Source of the DNA: Parasitella parasitica NRRL 2501
Taxonomy: Eukaryota > Fungi > Mucoromycota
Direction: 5' to 3'
Assembly: GCA_025201805.1 (NCBI GenBank)
Contig: MU619249.1
Location: forward strand, 62,001 to 126,000
Length of the DNA stretch: 64,000 bases
Shown: one piece after another, positions 55,116 to 64,000 of the stretch
Layout: the number at the start of each line of letters is the position of its first letter
How positions within the stretch are numbered: position 1 is the stretch's first letter
Notes under the pieces: generated by a model
Seen by the model: the letters and a program-made list of their open reading frames with translations, nothing else
Database searches by the model: none
Told to the model about the DNA's origin: nothing
Made by a program: the position numbers and the translations under genes

Positions 55116-55688
55116 TCAGCTGTAGTCTCCAGGAATAATTCTCTGGCATCCATGTGTAGATATGCCAATATTGCAATCAGCTTTATAATGGCAGCATCTA
55201 ATACAAAATGTTTCGCTGTCTGGTTCTATCAAATTAACCCAATGCTTCAATCCATTACATGTCCCATTGGGCAAATTCTGGTAATATGCATTGCTTTCAG
55301 TTGTATATATATACAAGTATAATGATTCGTTAAATACCTTATTATCGTACTGACCTCCTCCATCATTTGTCAGAATATCATAGGCTGTATGATTAATCCT
55401 GCCTGTTACCTGAACGTATCTGTCCGTGCGAAGAAAATGCGTCGATTGGATAAACCCTGCAGGGAAATATCCGGCATACTTTTTTGCGACTGTACAAAAA
55501 GGATCGGCATCATTTTCAGTAGCGGATACAGATTGTCCTGGATGCGGAGGCAAATAGGAACAAAAATCAGAACTTGAATTGACACCGATATCCACACCTG
55601 TGCCACGCTTGTCAAATGGCATGGCCAGCGCTGATCCTTGGAACAAAAGTGGCAAAATAAACGCAGTTGTAACAGATGTTAGTTGCAT
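55116..55688 (-). CDS. Secreted cysteine-rich protein (~170 aa after removing in-frame intron 55337-55278), resembling the fungal MP88/macrophage-activating glycoprotein core
   Basis: Signal peptide followed by KR; DFCSYLPP, YVQVTG, DGGGQYD and FCIRCC...C...GC...PGDY motifs. The family resemblance is from memory. Confidence 0.75.
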   Translation of the reverse strand: MQLTSVTTAFILPLLFQGSALAMPFDKRGTGVDIGVNSSSDFCSYLPPHPGQSVSATENDADPFCTVAKKYAGYFPAGFIQSTHFLRTDRYVQVTGRINHTAYDILTNDGGGQYDNKVFNESLYLYIYTTESNAYYQNLPNGTCNGLKHWVNLIEPDSETFCIRCCHYKADCNIGISTHGCQRIIPGDYS

Positions 55689-55949
55689 AACACCAAGAAT
55701 GAAGATAAACCATTACATTTTTTTTGCACGCCTTTTTATAGCTACTTTTTGCTTGTCTGCGAGATAGTCTGTTGTAAGCATTTCAGTCTCCTGAAGGAGG
55801 TCGGTTATGCATTTTGCAAGCGATACAGTACGCTGATTCAAGCGTCACAAACAATAAACCCCCACGTTGAATGAGCGATTCAGGTTTTTGGTTCAACCTC
55901 CCTCCCCTCCCCCTTAAAGTTTACAAGTATCCTTTATCATTCAACAATT

Positions 55950-56185
55950 ATGTCAAAAGTGGGTAAAGCTTTAGCTGTTTCATTCGGTGCTTTAGCAGGC
56001 GGCGCTGCTGGTTTTTATGTGCTGGAAATGTATAAAATAAAATCAAAGGTACATGAAAAATGTCTGTGATGTAGATGTACGTAGCATATTTATACATTTG
56101 CTTGTAGGAAAAGAGACTAGCTTTGCTGTTGCAAAAGAAAAAGGAATATGAAAGCATACAAGGACAAGACAACTCATCATTATAA
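55950..56185 (+). CDS. Spliced 58-aa single-transmembrane microprotein (exons 55950-56048, 56108-56185)
   Basis: MSKVGKALAVSFGALAGGAAGFYVLEMYKIKSK/EKRLALLLQKKKEYESIQGQDNSSL*; 59-nt phase-0 intron AAG|GTACAT...TTGTAG|GAA. Confidence 0.75.
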
Positions 56186-56232
56186 CCATACACAGGCATA
56201 CTCCTCCCTGCAGCCATAGACAACTGCTAAAG

Positions 56233-56297
<65 letters not shown>

Positions 56298-56359
56298 CTT
56301 CTCTGCTAGGGTAAAAAAAAAAAAAGCCCTTCTCTCTTATTGCATTTACAATCATCATA

Positions 56360-58706
56360 ATGCTATCAAGAGCGCATCTACTAAAACGGTCAAATATGCT
56401 GAATCGAAAAGCTCTACTTTCAAACAGGTTTGTGAGAGCTTTTGCATCAAGGTAAACCAAGTTTTCTTGACGTTTCTTTAAAATTCATCAAACTTAAAAC
56501 GCTATAAAAATAAGAGGGCTTCAAGAGGAGAGAACAAAACAGGTCATTGAAGAAATCAAGAAATTGGAGTACGACCTTGAATCCAAGACGAAACAGGTAT
56601 ACTTTAATGGTTTACAGTGACATTGGATAGTGTTTTGATGTGTTGAATGGTAGAGATCTCTGACCACAATGGAAAGGATGGACGAGCAGGACATTGCTTC
56701 GATTTACCAGGAATTGTCAGCTCCTATGCCTGTCAAACCTAAAATCAGCACTGATTATTTGGAAAAATTAAGGATCAAATTCTTGGACACTCGTCACCAG
56801 ATTGACGAGCAGCGCTTTGCTCAGCTACCGAATGCCGTTGCTGCTATTGAGAGTCCAAGCAATCCACTTGTTGCTGCAACCACTACTGCTGCAACTACCA
56901 CTGCTGCTTCGGACGCTTCCTCCAGTGTTCGAAATTTGAATGTCCAAGACTTTGAACAGTTGATTTACGCCAATGCATTAGCCAAGCGACCGTTGGACGC
57001 AGAAAAGGCCTTTGACCTGATGGCAACTTACAACATCACTCCCAGTTTGAAGTCGGTGAATCATTTGATGGATGCATACGCCAATGCAAACAATGTGGAG
57101 CAGACGATCGCAACATTCAAACGACTGGATGAATTGGGTCTGAAACCAGACGTCTTTACGTATGGCACTCTGGTCAAGGCTTTTGTGACAACTCGGCGTT
57201 TGGACGATGCATTTGTGGTATTTGAAAAAATGAAGGATTCCTTCATCATTCCATCTCAGGTATAGTAGTGCGCATATGCGTGTCAATAGATTGCATAAGC
57301 TGACTAGATTCTAAATTTCATAGCCTATTTTTTCGAATTTGATCAGTGGATGTTTGAAGGCAAACAAGGTGGAAAAGGCTTGGGAGCTGTTTGATTCTAT
57401 GCGTTTGTCCTACCACCAACCGGATGAAGTAAGTTTTACATTGATGCTTCATGCCTGTNNNNNNNNNNAAAAAAAAAAAAAAAAAAAAAACAGAATTTTG
57501 CCCTATTTGTAAATATTAACAAATGTACATACGCGGGATATCCAGAGAGGGGAAGTTGAACGTGCATTGAATTTGTTTGAAGACATGGCCGGCTACCAAC
57601 TTCACCCTACCGACGTTACGTTTAACGTTCTCATCAATGCCTGTGCCAAACGACCAGACTACTACAATGAAGCCTTTAGTTTACTCGATCAGATGCAGAC
57701 CAGCTATGGATTCCAGCCCGACAAGATCACATATAATACGCTTTTGACTGCTTGCTCTAGGAAGAAAGATCTAAAACAAGCTCGCCATATATTGCAAGTC
57801 ATGTGGCAGGACGTAGAAATTAATGGTAGCAGCTCGCTGCTAAAGCCAGATAGTACAACGTACACCAATCTCTTCTGGTGTTATGCTAGTTACCATCCCA
57901 CGGCATCCCAGAACCAACAACAGCGTACACCGAAACCAGACCCTACGACTACTGCGGCGCTATCTACAGAGCGTCATTTTTTGCCAGTTGATGTTCCAAA
58001 CAAACGCTCTTTGGTGGTCAAGGAAGCAGAATGGCTATTTAAGCAAATAGATGAGGACGTGGAAATGACATCCGCTCTTTTGACCTCCTTCTTAACTGTA
58101 CACATTTCTCAAAAACAGACTGCTCGCTGCGTAGACATTTACACTAATTTATTTAACCAATACGGCGTTGAGAGAGATGCATTCACATTTGAGCACATGC
58201 TTCAATTATGCTACAATACCAAGGATAAGACGTTGGCCTGGAAGGTATGGGAAGACTATCAAGACTTTTTGGAGTCGAGAAACAAGCGTTATGAAACGAG
58301 CAAATCCAGCGAGATTGAGAAAAAAATAATTGAAGCAGAAAAGGATGCTCTTGCCATCAAGGAGGGCTGGAGAGATTTCCAACAACAAAATTTAGCTGTG
58401 CTCATGGCAAATACATTAGCAAGGTTAGTACATTGATTTTTTTTCTTCTTCTTATACAAAAAACGAGGAAATTCTAAGAGTATGTTTAGATCAAATGATA
58501 CCAAAAACGCATTGGGTGTATTGACAAGCGAAATATGTCGTTCCCCTAGCGTACAAGCTCCTCGACTGCGTGAAATGATGCCAGTTTACAACAAATGTAT
58601 CCAATTAGAAGATGAACAAACAAAGAAGGAGCTTGTTCGTATTTGTACCAAAGACCTGAAGCGCCCTGGAAATTCCAAATATAAGCGTGTGAATAGAACT
58701 GATTAG
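56360..58706 (+). CDS. Mitochondrial pentatricopeptide-repeat (PPR) protein (multi-exon, interrupted by a 10-N gap)
   Basis: Presequence MLSRAHLLKRSNMLNRKALLSNRFVRAFASR; PPR motifs such as PDVFTYGTLVKAF, PTDVTFNVLINACAK and PDKITYNTLLTACSR. Confidence 0.9.
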
Positions 58707-60524
58707 AATGTATAGAATATCGCATAAATGTGTATTATATGACTGAATATCCCCACCTTCTCTCCCCTCTCCCCTCTCTCCTCTCTCATCCAAAAATTTT
58801 TTTTCACATGTACCATAAATAAAATGCATAGAATTACTTGAAAGATTGCGTGCTTTTTTTTTTTTTATATATACGATAGTACAATAGTATAGTTTGAATA
58901 GCTTGCATTACATACGTAAATAAATTGTATCATGGGGCAGCACATTTGTTATTGAATACCGAATGAACAAACTTCCTATTCCTTGTTTATGGAGCATTTG
59001 TGCATATCCTGTTTCCCAAATACACAATTACCATAGGCTGTCACCAGCCAAAAATTCGTTGAACCTCCGCTTTTTTATTTTTCGTTGCAATTTGAAATTA
59101 TGGTTCAATCTGGCATCTTCTTGGAACGTTTTCCTCGATATCTTTAAAATCTACTAAATAATAAAGTACAACAGATCTAAACAAGTTTGTAGAATATTCA
59201 ATTGCGCATCTAACGGTGCTAATTATAAATGCTGCTTTCACAGAAAATCTCTAGAAATTTCCGCCTGAAGGAATTCGCGTTTTTGGACCAAAAGTCTACA
59301 TCTTGCTCAAGTAATATCCAAAATGGCAACTTTATATAAATTTTCGAGTCCCAGGCATCATTTTTGATTAATGCAACTATAGTGCAAAACCTCATTTTTT
59401 GATGTCAAAATCGGCAAAATAGTAAATCCGTCGAAATGCCCCTGTAAACCCTCATGAAAAATTGCTGAAAACAGGTCGATTTTTCATGAACCACTTTTTT
59501 CTTACAAATACATCAGATAATAAATACAAACTCTGGGGAGTCATTTGGTGTAGTTCCGAGCGTCTGAATGGGCCAAAACGTCTATAAATTATGCTATAAA
59601 TGGTATGACAAAATAAGCGCTGAGGGAGTTTTTTTTACGTGTATTTTAATGGATGCAAAAGCCTGATACACACTTTGTAAGCTCTTTGTATCGTCTTGTT
59701 GTGATGGCATTTTTTATTGTGTAAAAAAACGAGTTTTTTGATGTGCAATAATCAATTCTTATCAACTATTTGGGATTTACTATGGGAGCTGAAAATATGA
59801 AGATGTTGAAGGATTAGGTGCGATTCCTCTACCACAGCTATCGCATATGGCGTTTTGATTCAGCTTGACTCTACAAAATTGAATTGGACATAACATACTA
59901 CACATATATTCTAAAAGATTTTGTTTAAAAGCCTACTTTGCTTTGCAAACTATGGTGAAAACTACACGATGTTTTTGAGAGCGACAGTCTCACATTTATA
60001 TGATCATTATAAGCAATATTTGAGGGTGGTGTCAGAAAACTTCTACCATAAGTATACGCAACTGTAGAATGAAATTTATAGTATTCATATAGTGAGTAGT
60101 TTGCATTTTAATACGAAACCTTTCCAAGTCGTAAGGAAAATTAACATGGTTTCACGAATCATTTTATTATAATTGATGAAAAATAGTTGTTTACTATTTG
60201 TATTCCTGTGATCATACGATACAAATGTTTAAAATCAAATAGACCACAAATGCAAGTGCAAGTTTTAACCTACTAAACGCTGTCGGCGGGGCCTGGGGGG
60301 TCGTCTATTAAGCAAACAACCCTAAATGGGTTGCATGAATTGTTCCCATCTAATATACAAGACACATCACAAGACAGTTGATGTGAAAAACGGTGAGTTG
60401 GGGGCGTAAATGATGGACTCTTTAATAATTATATAAAACAGAAAAAAAATATAAATAGGCAGACAAATTTCCACCTCTTCCTTCAATTCAACTACCACTG
60501 CCAACGAATTCTCTACTATCCAAA

Positions 60525-60797
60525 ATGCCAATGGTCAAGAATCTTGAGAACGTCCATCAGGAGTTGATGGATATTGCCAGAGAATCCAATCTTCTCTCTT
60601 ATACCAAATACACTTCTGATGATGTTGAAAAACTGCAAAATAAACTTCGCCAGATTGACTCTCAATACAATGAAGGTGCCTTCCGGCATCCTGAAATGAA
60701 TTACGGCCAATACGAAGACGAAGGCCAAGCTCAGGTCTCCAATGAACTTGAAAAAGTCCACAACACTCTCCATCGCATGCTATCTCGTATTGATTAG
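60525..60797 (+). CDS. 90-aa helical protein resembling a single DUF2408 (Cub1/YPL260W) repeat
   Basis: L..VH.EL....LQNKLRQIDSQYNEGAF...EGQAQVSNELEKVH..LH pattern; AAAATG start context; upstream TATATAAA. Confidence 0.7.
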   Translation: MPMVKNLENVHQELMDIARESNLLSYTKYTSDDVEKLQNKLRQIDSQYNEGAFRHPEMNYGQYEDEGQAQVSNELEKVHNTLHRMLSRID

Positions 60798-61362
60798 GAA
60801 AAAGCAAGAAAAAACTGTATATATCGCGCAAGATTAAACCTTTTCCCTTTTTTTCATGAACATCATTTTACCCTTTTTTTTTTATATATATTATTATCAA
60901 ATGCAACAACAACAGCAAAAAAAAAAAAAAAAAAAATTGTCTATATTATATATGATGCTTCTGGTTCTTTCCATCTTTTTTCTCATAAATCAATAAAGTG
61001 ATAGTTCAAATAACTCAAACATGTATCTGTGTATCATTCGCAAAGAATAAGCATTCCTTTCTGCCCCTTTTGAGAGGTAACATGGCTTTTTGCCTGTATT
61101 TCGCTCAAGTATTCTGACAATCAGCGATTATAGCTCTTTTATCAATACACACGATTAAAAGAAGGTGATGCAACAATACACATGGATTGTTTATTTTTTG
61201 ACTGATATTGTACATATTAATAGAATAGAATGTAGGCAAAAGATCCCTTTTTTTTTTTTTTTTTTTTTTTTGCTGAGCGCATGATGCAGAAGCTATTATT
61301 ACAGGTATTGTGAAATTATTATATGGGTTGCTGGTGCAAATCGATCGATATAGTCTACTAGT

Positions 61363-62377
61363 TTAGTCTCTTTTGGCCCCACACATGCCACCAAAAGCAT
61401 CCCAACCAAGCAACACAACATAAATGATAAAGGAAACAAAGCCAAAGAAAATAGAGGTATTGTAGAAATTGCACCAGCCACTGTGTTGGCCAGGCGGGCA
61501 CTTGAATTGAGCAATTTCTACAATAATGCCAATACCCCATAGAAGCGCCATCAGCAAATCGCACAGAATTAAAATTATCCGCTTCATCTTATGTGCTTTG
61601 CCGAACCTTCTGAAAAGATAAAAGACGATGTGATACCCAGAGTAGATAATGGACATAATGGCCTATTGTATTTGCTTTAATGAGATGGCCCATTGTGTGC
61701 TGTGCCGGTATTATACAACTTACCACGGCAAAAAGGAAATAAAAGCATGCCTTTGAATCAAATGGGACATCCACGCCAGAGAACTAATGTACGATTTTAG
61801 CATGTCAGACTATATATTTACATACACATATAAACCATCAGCGGAAACTTACAGGGGAGGCACCTGCTGCAAAGCCCAAATGGCCAACAGCAAATACAAA
61901 TAAAACAATACGCAAAATCAGCCTGATTTTGGAAGGCAAGTCGCCGTCATTTCCGATGGCGGGAGAGTTGGTTGTCTCCAGCTTTGCAGGCGTTGTGGAA
62001 ATAGGAGCAGCAGCAGGAGCAGGCGTGTGTGTGGGCTGAGGCGAAGAAGTATTGCCGTACGCTGTGCCAGCGTACTGATATGCATTCACAGGCTGCTGAG
62101 GTGCGTTGCTGCTAAAATCATGCTCTTGCAGTGTTTTATTGGATTCTTGCCAAGAATTTACAACGGGTGTGTTACTCGAGTAGTCTGAAGGAGAAGGCAT
62201 TCTCTGTGTGCCATAAGGTGAACCAGCGGCGTCGCTGACGTTGGGCTTTCTAGGTGGAAGTGCAGGCGAAGCGCTGCTGTTGTTGGTAGACTCGTATGCA
62301 TTGCCGTAAACTGGCCCACTGCTTGGAGCATTTAACCATGGATTTTGGTTGGGTGTCTCGTTGAAAGGATTACTCAT
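61363..62377 (-). CDS. Four-transmembrane MARVEL-like protein with a Pro/Ser/Asn-rich cytosolic N-terminus (exons 62377-61853, 61783-61724, 61662-61363)
   Basis: Four hydrophobic helices, a Cys pair in the TM3-TM4 loop (KCPPGQHSGWCNFYN), and N-terminal NPF, NPW and PALPPRKP motifs. Confidence 0.75.
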
Positions 62378-62778
62378 TTTTTGTTACAATGGAAAAAGAG
62401 AAAAAGAGAAAAAGAGGAATCTGTCTATTCTAATTTTATACAATCGAACACTATATATATAAAACAGAGGTCGGGTGTCTAGTGTAACAATCATTCAATC
62501 TTTGTACGTCATGTTTAAGCAACCGACTTCCATGACATGTGTCTGGTAAACCACACTGAACAGCAAGTGTATGCTTTGCTGGCAAATGTCTAGTACTAAG
62601 CGACCATAGGCTGCTCTTTGAATCGCTGAAAAATACAAGGAGATTCTGGCTGTATGTACTTGTTGGCTTCAGGTAAATTTATCAGAAATGACAGGACTTT
62701 TTGCCACCTCACTGACATTGTAAATATTTCAATTTGAAAAAGAAAACAGGTTCTTTCTTTCGTCTGTGTAATTAAAAA

Positions 62779-64000
62779 ATGAGCAACTGGAATGCAGAGG
62801 GTTTGACAGAGAACTTTGGTAACAATTTGTCTGTATTATGTCTATTAATGGCATCTGAAAAACGTCTGCCATAGAGAATCTAAATGTGGATAGCTCCAAT
62901 AACAATTCAGAATGGAACAAGCCTGTTCGGCTCAACGTAAACGATACAAGGTTACATACAAAACCCTACAACATGAGCCATATAAGCCACGATATTGACG
63001 CGTGTTTTATCTTAGATGGAGCGCTAACGTGGATAAGACAGGTGGTTGGGGTAATCGCGAATTGACTGCAAAAGATTTTGAAAGTCGCGAGCAACAATAT
63101 GACAGAAGAGGAAGAGGAAGAGGAGGAGGTTATCAGCGGGGAAGAGGCCAAGGGAATGGCAGCTATCAACAACAGCAGCAACGTGAGAGAGGCAGAGGAG
63201 GCTATCCACAGCAGCAACAACCCAGGGGTAGAGGTCGATCCCAGAATAATTGGAACCACCACCAAACAGGTTGGGGACAAAATACTGATAATCAATCAAA
63301 TACTAGAGCTCAAAACTGGGGTGATTGGAACAGCAACACCCAAGCATCATCCTCTGATAATGCTACGTGGGATGAACAATCTCAGACTTCCACTATTCCC
63401 GCCGCATCAGCTTGGGATAAGCAGCCTGCCACATCATCAACTACTTTGACCTGGGATACATCTTCAGCTGCGTCAACTTGTGATCAACAACTTAATAAAA
63501 CTTTAGGTTCTTCAACGTGGGATCAGAAACCACAAACCATCGCTGATTCTTGGGCTGTTCAACCTCCAGCAGCAGCAACGGCACAGCAATCAAAAGCCGA
63601 TGTATGGAATACACCAGCAGAGTCCAATACACAGAATCAATGGGGCGCCATGACAATGGACAGTTTGGGATGGACTGATAGCGGTAAAAAGCCAAAGGAT
63701 GCCATCGAATCAGGCCAAGGTGTTTGGAAGGACGGAGTGCATGTTCTAGCCAAAGAGGACCAAGAGCTCAAACTCAAGTTATTCGGAACAGCTTCAGATC
63801 ATGAAAGCGTTTCTTCTGGTATCAATTTCGACAAATATGAGGATATTCCTGTAGAGACAAAGGGAAAGAACATACCAGAGGGTATTACAGAGGTAAGCTA
63901 CAAAGTAATGTGCATGTTGCAAGTAAAACTCACCATTGTAACATGGAGTTTTCCAACTCTGGCCTCGACTTGCATTTACTGGAAAACATTCAGTATGCTC
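62779..64000 (+). CDS. DED1: DEAD-box RNA helicase of the Ded1/DDX3/Vasa group, 5' part only (exons 62779-62818, 62875-62951, 63016-63892, 63949->end)
   Basis: GVWKDGVHV...LFG...SSGINFDKYEDIPVE...I.E/F...LLENIQYA immediately precedes the Q motif in Ded1/DDX3; the N-terminal LTENFENLNV resembles the DDX3 NES. The main exon is absent from the ORF track because its frame runs off the window. Confidence 0.85.

Noticed and set aside
56235-56297. Very long poly-T/poly-A tracts (also ~9048-9119, 11981-12004, 21072-21112, 30667-30722, 41674-41702, 61248-61271) as retrocopy tails or poly-F/poly-K coding segments
   Set aside because: They sit in introns and UTRs, several abut gaps, and no target-site duplications or processed genes are evident. 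Homopolymer lengths are probably unreliable.
58900-60400. Possible DNA-transposon/MITE or Helitron end upstream of the DUF2408-like gene
   Set aside because: No terminal inverted repeats, target duplication or complete hairpin+CTRR could be identified by eye.
63078-63449. 123-aa acidic ORF (MKVASNN...EEEEEEE)
   Set aside because: Alternative-frame reading of the RG-rich exon of the DDX3-like gene; the conserved frame is a different one.
62779-64000. Mucorales sex locus (RNA helicase rnhA flanking sexP/sexM)
   Set aside because: No HMG-box gene, triose-phosphate transporter or glutathione reductase in the window, and the helicase motifs seen are Ded1/DDX3-type.

Overview
Eukaryotic, gene-dense fungal scaffold segment. 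Short (~50-70 nt) GT-AG introns, AT-rich intergenic DNA and the gene families present are most consistent with Mucoromycota/Mucorales; this is inference, no search was run. It carries about 23 protein-coding genes: NADH-cytochrome b5 reductase, a multi-cluster ankyrin protein, Bax inhibitor-1, RPS5, VIP1/PPIP5K, a PHD-SET (Set3/MLL5-like) protein, glutaryl-CoA dehydrogenase, a CK1 kinase, UBR1, NUP85, a kelch protein, IWR1, a coiled-coil protein, an Ime2/MAK kinase, ZIP4/SPO22, mitochondrial uL11, two small secreted proteins, a spliced 58-aa membrane microprotein missing from the ORF track, a PPR protein, a 90-aa DUF2408-like protein, a MARVEL-like protein and the 5' part of a Ded1/DDX3-type helicase. 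A gene-poor island (~21.1-30.2 kb) holds Helitron remnants, including an apparent head-to-tail junction, and a nuclease-like gene fragment. There are three assembly gaps. The best leads are the Ded1/DDX3-type helicase with an RGG- and Trp-repeat (GW/WG, xWD) N-terminus, the unannotated microproteins, the tandem Helitron with adjacent cargo-like gene, and the adjacent Ime2-like/ZIP4 pair. No clearly new multi-gene system can be proven from sequence alone. Exon boundaries were read by eye.
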